Origin: Amoeboradix gromovi X-113
Taxonomy: Eukaryota > Fungi > Sanchytriomycota
Assembly: GCA_018985225.1 (NCBI GenBank)
Contig: JADGIF010000380.1
Location: forward strand, 1 to 9,640
Direction: 5' to 3'
DNA: 9,640 nt
The notes beneath the pieces were generated by a model, which searched no databases, was not told the origin of the DNA, and saw only the letters and a program-made list of their open reading frames with translations. This document shows positions 1 to 8,801 of the stretch, in pieces. Position 1 is the stretch's first letter. The number at the start of each line of letters is the position of its first letter. Position numbers and translations under genes: made by a program.

Positions 1-150
1 TGTACAGGTGTACGTTTATAAGTTGGTTTTCTTAAGATTTTCACACCTTGTACATGTCTGACTAGTAAATGATTCATTACCTACGATTATAGTCCTTCCT
101 CTTTGTTTACACTTGAACTTCAAGCGTTCCTCGAATAAATTATGCAGATA
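1..150 (-). pseudogene. Degenerate Fanzor/TnpB (Fanzor2/IS607-TnpB-like) fragment: alternative RuvC-II glutamate plus zinc finger; runs off the left edge
   Basis: Manual translation of 150->1 gives YLHNLFEERLKFKCKQRGRTIIVGNESFTSQTCTRCENLKKTNL*TYTCT. This matches the TnpB/Fanzor pattern H..F..RL..KC...G......E.(Y/F)TS.TC..C....(Y/F).C. In-frame stops are TAA at 18-16 and TGA at 153-151. Confidence 0.85.
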
Positions 151-217
151 TCACTGTCTAGGCATTGAAAGACATCTAATTCTTCCATGTTTGGACCAGT
201 TCCTCAGTATTGATGAA

Positions 218-382
218 TGTATGCTGCACCTGCTAGTTATTTCTTTAGATTCCATTTACCATTTGCGAAGATAAAGAATATCGAGTGTTTAAGCTATTAG
301 AAAAATCTGGAAAAGTCTTGAAATTATACAAAAATGCATACAAATTTGCGATAAATGATTTATTCAACAAAGCAATCGAGCT
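218..382. repeat. Copy A of a ~165-bp repeat, inverted relative to 8802-8965
   Basis: Hand alignment to the reverse complement of 8802-8965 gives 18 mismatches and 1 gap in 165 columns (~88%). Confidence 0.97.
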
Positions 383-440
383 CTTGTAGTTTTCTCAAAC
401 TTCTCTGAGTCATGATGCTGGACTTTGTGTACCAGTGTTT
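220..440 (+). pseudogene. Possible hAT-like DDE transposase remnant (frameshifted)
   Basis: Joined frames read YAAPASYFFRFHLPF / IPFTICEDKEYRVFKLLEKSGKVLKLYKNAYKFAINDLFNKAIELL*FSQTSLSHD / WT (D at 414-416, WT at 419-424 after a frameshift). This resembles the hAT LPF..E..F..LL ... SL..D.WT segment leading to the first catalytic Asp. Motif resemblance only. Confidence 0.4.
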
Positions 441-477
441 TTATGAAAATAGAAAGCATTTAATTTATTACGCCTAG

Positions 478-1966
478 CTAAACTTCTAATAGCATTCTTG
501 ATGGATCTTCAATGTAATTCTTCAGAGTTACTAAAAAGGTAACAGCTTCTCTTCCGTCTATTAATCGATGATCATATGTTAATGCGATATACATCATTGG
601 ACGAGATACAATCTAAGTTAGCCTATAGTACCTGCCCGAGTTCAACAATAGGTCTTTCTTTAATTGCATGCATTCCTAAAATAGCGGATTGAGGTAGATT
701 GATTATAGGGGTACCATAAAGGCTTCCAAAAACGCCACCATTGCTTACAGTAAATGTACCTCCAGCCAAGTCCTCTAGAGTTATCTGATTCATTTTGGCC
801 TTTTCACCTAGAAATGCTACTTCCTTTTCAATATCAATCAGGGATTTAGATTCACAGTTCCTAATTACTGGAGTAACTAATCCTTTAGGAGTAGCAACCG
901 CAAAACTAATATCGACATAATCGCGATAAACTACTTCTTCTTTGTTAAGAATTGCATTCACTTCCGGAATGTCTTTCATGGCCAATGCAGAAGCCTTTAG
1001 AAAAGCAGACATAAAGCCAAATTTTACATTGTATTTCTGGTGAATTGCTTCCTTGTAGTTCTTCCTCAGCCTCATTAAATTAGACATGTCCACCTCATTA
1101 AATGTAGTAAGAGAAGCGGCAGTGTTTTGAGATTCTTTCAATCTTTCGGCAATCTTTTGACGCATCCGTGTAATTTTAACACGATTCTCGGCCCTAGTAA
1201 AAGCAGATGATGCAGCTTGCACAAACGGAGTTTTGCTTACTGGTTTTGGCGCGCTCTGTTCAGACTTCGACGGGGTTTTTTCAATTATTGGAGCCTTGGC
1301 GTCTTGAGAGTTTGACAATTTTTGTGACCCCAAATTCTGGATCTCAGGAGTGGCCGGTACATCTCCGGGCTCAATTTCAGCAAGTTTCTGCCCAACTGCG
1401 ACAGTAGATCCGGGTTCTGCAAGTATTGCTCTTAATTTCCCGGAAAACGGTGAGTTGATAGGAACATCTACTTTATCAGTTTCCACAGATGTTAATTGCT
1501 CATCCTGTCTAATATGGTCTCCTTCCTTCTTTAACCAGTCTCGTAAAACCCCTTCAGAAATTGAATCAGCTAAGCTGGGAACCTTCAGAATTTCTATGTT
1601 AGAAGAAGACGCAGCTTTGGTCTCTGAATTTGATTTTGCCTCTGGCTGCTGACTTTTTGTCATGGATTTTGGAGGTTCTGCAGCAGATTCTGATACCTTA
1701 CCATCGATGTCTATTTCAACTAAATCCTGGCCAACTAAAACAACACTTTCCTCGGCAGCCATTAGCTTAGTAATCCTTCCACTGAAAGCAGAGTTGATCG
1801 GAACGTCTACTTTATCTGTTTCCACAACAGCAACCTCATCATCAGTCCCAACGAAATCGCCGACCTTTTTATTATACGACTTTAAAGTTCCTTCAGAAAT
1901 AGAGTCGCCCATAGAAGGTACTTTGATGATTCTATGTGCTAGTCTTTTAAAATGATTTAATAGCAT
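478..1966 (-). CDS. KGD2: Mitochondrial dihydrolipoamide succinyltransferase (2-oxoglutarate dehydrogenase E2), 489 aa; exons 1966-632 and 612-478; two lipoyl domains
   Basis: Two [11 protein letters not shown] lipoylation motifs (K52, K165) and E2o core motifs ([53 protein letters not shown]). Removing 613-631 adds [44 protein letters not shown], which has the catalytic DHRLIDG motif. The short basic N-terminus is consistent with a presequence. Confidence 0.96.
613..631 (-). other. 19-nt spliceosomal intron GTACTATAGGCTAACTTAG (phase 0)
   Basis: GT...AG ends and a CTAAC branch motif just before TTAG. Splicing restores the conserved E2o sequence GQ|IVSRPMMY with no gap. Confidence 0.93.
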
Positions 1967-1995
1967 TTAAAAGGCAAACAAATTTCAAGTTTCAA
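1967..1995. promoter_or_regulatory. 29-bp spacer between divergent start codons (putative bidirectional promoter region)
   Basis: The KGD2 ATG at 1966 (-) and the LRR ORF ATG at 1996 (+) are head to head. No specific motif was identified. Confidence 0.5.
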
Positions 1996-2463
1996 ATGGA
2001 GATTATAATGAAAAAGTCTATAGAGGAGCACTTGAACAAGGCACAGTTAGATGAGCTTTTAGATACATCGAAATTTAATCTGATAACTCATTTGCAGATT
2101 TGTGGAACAATAATTGATGTAAAATCATTGGATAAACTGGTTCAAATGTTAGAGCAATCAAAAACAGTCAATACTTTGGTACTTAACAGAAATAGGCTAA
2201 ATGATGATCATTTAAAAATTCTGCTCAGATTATTTCAAGTTCAGCAAATTCAATTTGATAAGAAAAAGAGAAACGTGATCTTTTCAAACCCATCTAGTCT
2301 TCAAATTGTTTCTGGTGCAACATCATATCATATTTTGAATGGCTATATCAAGGTTATCAATCTCGCCTGGAATGAGATCACTGACGAAGGACACTATTAC
2401 ATGAAAGTTACACTTGACAGTATTCCTGAATGCCTTGGAGCAGTTTTATTTAGATCAAAATAA
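1996..2463 (+). CDS. Small leucine-rich-repeat (RNI-like) protein, 155 aa
   Basis: LRR-like units: ITHLQICGTIID, VNTLVLNRNRLNDDHLKILLRLF, IKVINLAWNEITDEG. An alternative start is at 2008. Confidence 0.7.
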   Translation: MEIIMKKSIEEHLNKAQLDELLDTSKFNLITHLQICGTIIDVKSLDKLVQMLEQSKTVNTLVLNRNRLNDDHLKILLRLFQVQQIQFDKKKRNVIFSNPSSLQIVSGATSYHILNGYIKVINLAWNEITDEGHYYMKVTLDSIPECLGAVLFRSK

Positions 2464-2468
2464 ATAAC

Positions 2469-5400
2469 ATGCAAATTAAAAGCCCTGTAATCTTTATCCT
2501 TAAAACCATGGCCTCGGTGTTAAGCATTGAAAACATAGAATTGAAAGACTGGGTGGAAGACATTCAGTATTCAAAGGCTTTGAAGATTAGGAATGATGGA
2601 TTATATAGCCAAAGATTCATTTATTACATAGTTGGTAATTTTTTCCACACTCCATACATTGGAACCTGCTTTTTGCCACCAGGCTTGACACAAAAGGTAG
2701 ACATAAGCTTTCTTAGCAAAATAAAGCAGGACATAAGTGAAAAACTCATAATAAAGACTGCAGAAGGTTCTAGTGTAGAGGTACAATTGAAAGCCACTAT
2801 TATAAATTCAAAAATTGAAATTTTAGATAAGCATATAAATCTATTTAGGATTCTTTGCTTCGAAGAAGTAACGCTTGTGTTTAAGGTACTTAACAAGACC
2901 TCTGAAGTGCTAGCATGCAGTTTGAATATGAATAACACAAAAAAGAAATATGACTTAAAAACAGGTTTAAATGAGATATCGTTTCTCTACTCTGTCAAGT
3001 ACCCTGGATCCTTCTCGGAAGATGCTGAGATAGAATGCGATGATGATAGATATATCATAGCTATAAGTGGATACGCAGAATTACCACAGCTCCGAGTCAA
3101 AATCGCAGATTGTCCAAATTCATCTCCAACTACAGCTAATTATTTTAATTTCGAAGTAGAAAACATATCATGTAAGAGCTTTTTATGCAATTATACTGTG
3201 ATATCAAAAGAGAGCAATGTGGAAATACTGAAAAACGAGGTTTTTAAGCCTTCGAATCCAGTGAAAATAACAATTCCCTTCTGTCCGCCATACTTTAACT
3301 TTAAATTTAATTTTGAAGTGGTGTTTTACCTGAACAATTTCCAAATATACAAGGCTTTTCATGAAAATAAATCCATTAAAGCGAATTTAAGTTGCCTATC
3401 ACAAGACTTGAAATTATTTTTAGACTTAGACCGTGGCAGATGCACAACAGATTACATCAGTTTAAGAAACGATTCAAATTGCCCAATAAAGGTGTACCTA
3501 TTTTGCGATATGGAAGAATTAAAGTTTGAGCCCTACGTTGTGATTGAAAGAAAAGAATTTAAACGTATTCCTGTTGTGTTCACTCCAAAATACCCTGCCT
3601 TCTTTAAAATCAGCATCAATCTTCTAACACAGGGTTCTGATCTGCTAATCGTCAATTGCGTTTGCCAAGCCAAATCAGTCAAATCGGAATCTTTTAAGAT
3701 CCAATTTCATAAAAATCCACAAAACCCTCCGGTCGAAATTCAATTTTCATCTATTATTAGTAAAAACCAAGTGCAATTAACCGTAAATAACGCTACGAAT
3801 GATAACTTACTGTTTTATTTACCACAAGAATTATCATATGCATGCTTTTCAATCAAAACCACTCATAAATTAGTCTCTGTTAATCGTTCAAGTATAAAAA
3901 CAATTTTATTTGAGTTTCAGTTTCATCAGCCATTCTATCACTATCTGATATTGAACTTTGAGACAGAGGAAAAGTTGTACTTTTATCCGTTGCTAATATA
4001 CTCATTTTCAGAGGTCTTATCATCTAAAGAATTTGACTGGACTACTTGCAAAGATCAGAAATACTTTTGGTGTAATCAGTTGGTGTGTAAACAATCCGGT
4101 GTTATTTTAGCCGGAAATGTTTATCCGAAAGTGTTAAAAAATGAACATAGCAACCTGATTTTTATGTTTTCAGAGCCAATTGCCATTAAATCTTTAAATA
4201 TTTGTCCAGTGTCAGTAGAGATTCATTACAACAAGCATGGTGGCTCAATTGAAATCAAAAATACTGCAGAAGAAATAACAAAATTGACTCTGAAGTTCCA
4301 AACAGTTCACCCAGATGGTTACACTATATTTCCTTGCGATACACAATTTGTTTTACTTCCGCTGGAAGTCAGGGAATACAAGATTTTACTTGTTCAAAAG
4401 AAAAAATTTACTGATACCATTTCAATACTTGTTGATAATACCACAGCATGCTCCTTCCACTTCACGAATCCAAACTCCTATAAAAGAGGAAGCAATATTT
4501 ATCACAACATTGGCCCATTGCAAGCTATGCACCATATCAGAACAAATAAGTTGCTACTCAACAAAGATTACATTAATAGAGATATAAAAATAACAGTTCC
4601 TCTCACAATAAATGGACAAATATCAGCATCTTTAGAAAGTTCCTCTAAAATATTGAAAGGATTATACTTTGAAGATTATTTGTTTTCAGAAGAACAGGAA
4701 AAAATAATGCAACTGTTTGATGACGAGGCATGCAAATTGAATGTCATACAGAGAGGAAATGAAGTTTTATTGGAGTTCCATTTTAATTTAAAGGAATGTG
4801 ACGAGTTTGTTACAAAAGCAAACGTCTGCGTAAAAAGCGATACATTGTGCGAGTTTTTTGTTATTGATTTTAATGTGTTGCTACGTGAAGACTATGAAAA
4901 CAAAGATTTGATGGAAAGATATTGCTACAACTTGCAATCACCGCCGACAAATGCAGTTAGTTTAAAAATGGTTAACTATTTGTCAGATGTCGCAAGTTAT
5001 TACAGACTCTCTGACGACGATTTATATATTTCATGCAATTTTAAATTGTTATGGCTGGGAACATGCTCTTGCGGTACGATGTTGAAAACACCATTAGTAC
5101 TGCACAATAACACAAATTCCACTGTCAATATTAGGATAAATTCTGACACCATGATGTTTGAACATTCAAGAATGTCAATAAAACCACAAGAAGATGTGCG
5201 ACTAATTTTAACATTAAGCATTGACATGATGCCAACTTTGTTTACGCATTCTCTCACAGTGGAACATTTGGATAGAAAGAAGAATTTATACATTGGTGGT
5301 CTAGCAGCATCATACGTGGACACAAAGATTTTATCAGACTCGGAGTACATCAACCACAAAGTATCAGAGGCTTGTTCAAATCATATGGAAGAAATGAGCC

Positions 5401-5555
5401 AGTCATACTTGAATGAACTAGCTGCGGTTCTCTATTCAGAAGTGATTGATCAAAACCTTTTCTTGGAAACCAATGGATCAGAAACTGTGGGAACCCAAGA
5501 TCATTTTCAGCGATTAAAAACCCGTTTTCTAGATGAGTTGTTAAATTTCTTGTAA
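2469..5555 (+). CDS. Large protein with tandem Ig-like beta-sandwich (ASH/Hydin/PapD-like) domains, possibly cilium-associated
   Basis: Uninterrupted 1028-codon ORF in AT-rich DNA, with recurring ASH-like units (ISLRNDSNCPIKV...FEP...IPVVFTP; VQLTVNNATNDNL; IEIKNTAEE...IFP...LLPLE; LGTCSCG...LVLHNNTNSTV...IKPQE). The true start may be 2508 (AAAACCATGG). The coding call is strong, the product call is tentative. Confidence 0.75.
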   Translation: MQIKSPVIFILKTMASVLSIENIELKDWVEDIQYSKALKIRNDGLYSQRFIYYIVGNFFHTPYIGTCFLPPGLTQKVDISFLSKIKQDISEKLIIKTAEGSSVEVQLKATIINSKIEILDKHINLFRILCFEEVTLVFKVLNKTSEVLACSLNMNNTKKKYDLKTGLNEISFLYSVKYPGSFSEDAEIECDDDRYIIAISGYAELPQLRVKIADCPNSSPTTANYFNFEVENISCKSFLCNYTVISKESNVEILKNEVFKPSNPVKITIPFCPPYFNFKFNFEVVFYLNNFQIYKAFHENKSIKANLSCLSQDLKLFLDLDRGRCTTDYISLRNDSNCPIKVYLFCDMEELKFEPYVVIERKEFKRIPVVFTPKYPAFFKISINLLTQGSDLLIVNCVCQAKSVKSESFKIQFHKNPQNPPVEIQFSSIISKNQVQLTVNNATNDNLLFYLPQELSYACFSIKTTHKLVSVNRSSIKTILFEFQFHQPFYHYLILNFETEEKLYFYPLLIYSFSEVLSSKEFDWTTCKDQKYFWCNQLVCKQSGVILAGNVYPKVLKNEHSNLIFMFSEPIAIKSLNICPVSVEIHYNKHGGSIEIKNTAEEITKLTLKFQTVHPDGYTIFPCDTQFVLLPLEVREYKILLVQKKKFTDTISILVDNTTACSFHFTNPNSYKRGSNIYHNIGPLQAMHHIRTNKLLLNKDYINRDIKITVPLTINGQISASLESSSKILKGLYFEDYLFSEEQEKIMQLFDDEACKLNVIQRGNEVLLEFHFNLKECDEFVTKANVCVKSDTLCEFFVIDFNVLLREDYENKDLMERYCYNLQSPPTNAVSLKMVNYLSDVASYYRLSDDDLYISCNFKLLWLGTCSCGTMLKTPLVLHNNTNSTVNIRINSDTMMFEHSRMSIKPQEDVRLILTLSIDMMPTLFTHSLTVEHLDRKKNLYIGGLAASYVDTKILSDSEYINHKVSEACSNHMEEMSQSYLNELAAVLYSEVIDQNLFLETNGSETVGTQDHFQRLKTRFLDELLNFL

Positions 5556-5602
5556 ATAAATGTTTGAGTTTCAAGCCACTTCTAAATTTATAAAACACGT
5601 TC

Positions 5603-8600
5603 ATGGACAATCGACTTATTTCTTATTTTTTTGTAAGCGGGCTAAAGGAATTAGCAGTAAATAAGGGGATTGACATATTTGAAGCAGCTGAGGAGGAGCT
5701 TGAGGAAGAAGAGTCGGATAGAAAAGCCTACGATAAAACAAAAAAATCATTTACTAACACGCCAATCGAAGAAAAAAAGGAAAAAGTGCTGCGAAGAAGA
5801 AGTCAGTTGATTAAAAAGCCGGAAAGCCCTACATTGGCTGAGGAATCTGCACCTCGAATAGATGTACCAATTCAGACAGATGATTTCAAAGACGATTCTA
5901 AGCCAATGGTGAAAAAGAAGAAGGATCCGCACCCTTTACTATTCAAGTTTATTCCAACAACTCTTTGTGCCTATCCAGAAGACGAGGATTTTCCAGTTCA
6001 CACTTCCATGTTTTGTTTTCCTAATGATGTTTCTGTATATACAGCTCCACTAGATAATTGGGCCGATGTAGACTTATCTGTAAATGACATTGCTTGGAGA
6101 GAACCTAAACCATCTCATCATTCTTTCGTCGTAACTCTAGAAAATGGAACTCGTTTGTATGGCACCACAATCATTGTGTGGGAACTGCTCCAAGGAACCG
6201 TGAAAGAGAAGATTGAAAAAGCCGTTTCATTGTGGAATTCCAGAAACTGTCAGCAAGCAGACATTGAATATGTAGAACACATTTTTGATCAAATAAAGAA
6301 AACTAGATTTGCTTTAGACAAGTTGAAAAAGGTGAGAGAGATATCACCTACTAACGAAATACATGAAGATATAAGAGATGTTCAAGAAAGGCTACAACTT
6401 TTAACCTCTACATTAGATCCATTTTTCTTAAATTTATATCTTCGTCCAGAGCGGTGTTTTGCCCCAAAAGCAATTGGATTATTAGCTAAGTTTCCAGTGT
6501 ACAGTTTAATGAAAGACTGGCTCTCCGTAGTGATTCGCTATACTACAAACCATCCTGATTTGCATAACATTGCTGTATTAAAAAGCTGGCCTAACGATAC
6601 ACCCTTGGAGAGATTTCTAGTTAATCTTATCAACGAGACCCCAATTCCGCCCCCAGGTAAGACTGAGATTTGTATCAACGTGAATGATTTTAACTTCTAC
6701 ATTTCTCGTCCACCACTTAATAAAATTCCAATCATGAAGAATTATTCTTATTATCCATTGTTTTGCACTCTCTGCCCCGAGAACATAGTAGACATAATAG
6801 AATGCATTTTACTGGAATCCAAAATATTATTTGTAGCAGATTCATTAAATTTGCTATGCCCAACAATAGAATGCTTTTTAAGATTCATATACCCATTTTC
6901 CTGGCAGCATGCACTAATTCCGGTTTTGCCTGAGAGATTGCTGGCTTATTTAGAAGCCCCAATACCTTTTATCGTAGGATTAGAGCGTAAAACAATTCCA
7001 AAGGACATAAACTTTGCAGAACTAGATGTAGTTGTGGTAGATTTAGATAACAACATCGTTAAAAATCCTCAAAAGCTTAATGGTTTGTCCGAGAGCAGAA
7101 AAAAGAAATTAATCCATAATTTGTATAAAAACGTGCCGACATCAATACGGCTTGGTGAAAAATCGAAACCACCATCTTACACAACCGACACATACCCTCA
7201 AGGAAATATTATGGTTTATTCTTGTAAGCCTCTTCTAGGAGAGAAGTTGTTATATACCAGAGAAGACAGTGTGTCTACATTGGATACGATTGCCACTGGT
7301 AACAAAGACAACAGAAGCTCCATGAGTTTTACCTCTTTAAACGGAATAAACGAGGAAACCAATGGATCTACCACATTAAACAGACATTCTACTTTTGGGA
7401 GATCTTCTTCATTTGCCTCCTCAAAAACTGAAGTCAAATCATCCTTGAAAACAGCATGGGCAAAAATGCGTAAAATATCTGAATTCAGTTTACCTGAAAA
7501 GAATGATTTTGGTATCAGCAAGCTGAGTTTTAAAGATGACTCAAAGTCAATAGCTTCTACAAGAATGGAAAGCACAAACTTAACAGCCTCCAAGGATGTT
7601 CATGCGTATATACCCTCATCTTTTGATGAACCAGCAGTTGAGAAAACCTTTTTAAATTTTTTTGCTGGCTTGTTAAAGGGCTACAAATCATTCTTAAAAA
7701 AAGGAGATGAAAGTTATGTTGATGTTGATCAATTCTTCAATAAACAGTCATTTTTGATTTCAAGCGCGAAGCATCATCAACCATTTTTGACAAAATTAAT
7801 GGAAACACAGGCGTTTGCTCAATTCGTAATGGACAGAACACTAAGCGCAAGCAAAGACGAGACGGATTACGAAGTCTTGTTTTTCGACGAGATTATTAAC
7901 CTGAAAATAGGAAAATCCAAGATTATAAATCAGTACTCAAAATCGGAGTTTATTGAAGACGAGACTTTATTAATCAAAGAGACTTATAGCTGCCCATTAC
8001 CACAAAGTTTAGATTTAGACGATTCTGTAGTTCGTAGGCATATCAATATGCCGATAACATTGAACAAGTCTTTGCTGAAAACTATTCGAAATCCTCCATC
8101 GCTACTTCAGGAATCAGATAAGATAATGATGAAAGTTCATCTTGTGAAGTTCAATAGGCAGGCCAGGATTCAGCATGACAGTCCAAAAATACAAACCGAT
8201 GTTAGCAAATGGTTGAAAAAGGCTGTCAAAGCTGTTAATGATACTGCAACAAACAACGGAAACGAAAATGCAAGCACACCTGATCTAGACAAGCAGAAAG
8301 AGGTGAATCGTCAGAGGCTTAATGTGTTAATGGACTCTGTGTATAAAGACTTGAATGACCCAGATCTGGTAGATTCTATCGATCTTGATGTAGATCAGAG
8401 GAAAAAGATTGTTTATAAACTTAGAGAAATTCAGTTACACGTGCAACGCAACTGCTCGGAGTTGGACGACTTTATGACAGAGTATTTTGCATTAATTTAG
8501 TACTGATAACAAGGATTTTCAAAGTATCTTACAGCATGTTGCGAAATTGTTGGATATACATTTAAAACAGCTGCCTAAGGAATCAAAGCCCTTGCCTGTT

Positions 8601-8783
8601 AGACCTGTAATGAGAAATAACCCTTCGCGGAAGAAGGAAAATAAGCCAAGTGATACTTTACAAAGTTTATACTTGGCCTATTATGATGGTTTTTACTCTC
8701 CAAAGAACTCTATCAACTTAAAAAAGGACGGGTCCAAAAAGGATATATTAAAATCTTCAACTGACCTACTTAACAAAATATAA
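5603..8783 (+). CDS. DENN-domain protein (Rab GEF family), 1053 aa; exons 5603-8481 and 8501-8783
   Basis: uDENN (YFFVSGL, MFCFP, HSFVVTLENGTRLYG), cDENN (LLESKILF, IYPFSWQHALIPVLP, LEAPIPFIVG, VVVVDLD) and dDENN (FLNFFAGLLKGY, FLTKLMETQAFAQF, FFDE) motifs are present. Removing 8482-8500 joins the ORF in frame to the 8547-8783 ORF (FMTD|TDNKDFQSILQHVAKLLDIHLK...). Confidence 0.92.
8482..8500 (+). other. 19-nt spliceosomal intron GTATTTTGCATTAATTTAG (phase 2)
   Basis: Same length and layout as the KGD2 intron (GTA...TAAYTTAG). Removal opens 93 further sense codons to TAA at 8781-8783. Confidence 0.85.
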
Positions 8784-8801
8784 GCGATATTCTATATGAA
8801 C

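Noticed and set aside
1-54. Imperfect inverted repeat TGTACAGGTGT / ACACCTTGTACA
   Set aside because: Explained by the palindromic TGTACA (Cys-Thr codons) occurring in both zinc-finger halves.
360-445. Minus-strand KTLVHKVQHHDSEKFEKTTRARLLC* as upstream Fanzor sequence split by an insertion
   Set aside because: The resemblance is weak, part of it is shared with repeat B, and no TSD or TIR marks an insertion. It is not fully excluded.
623-625. KGD2 as a truncated pseudogene, or TAG read-through / reassigned code
   Set aside because: The missing C-terminus is in a different frame and a canonical 19-nt intron restores it exactly. The long ORFs have no internal TAA/TAG.
1207-1955. Plus-strand ORFs 1207-1407, 1350-1652 and 1662-1955
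   Set aside because: Antisense shadows of KGD2. The latter two resemble each other only because the lipoyl domain is duplicated.
7028-7046. 19-nt GTAGTTGTGGTAGATTTAG as a third micro-intron
   Set aside because: It encodes the conserved DENN VVVVDLD motif, lacks the TAAY branch motif, and its removal would cause a frameshift.
2601-7593. Short ORFs 2601-2786, 2624-2938, 4315-4587, 5000-5359, 5350-5610, 5747-5932 and 7216-7593
   Set aside because: They are nested in or antisense to long genes and have no recognisable motifs.
8547-8783. 78-aa ORF as an independent gene
   Set aside because: It starts at TTG and is better explained as exon 2 of the DENN gene.
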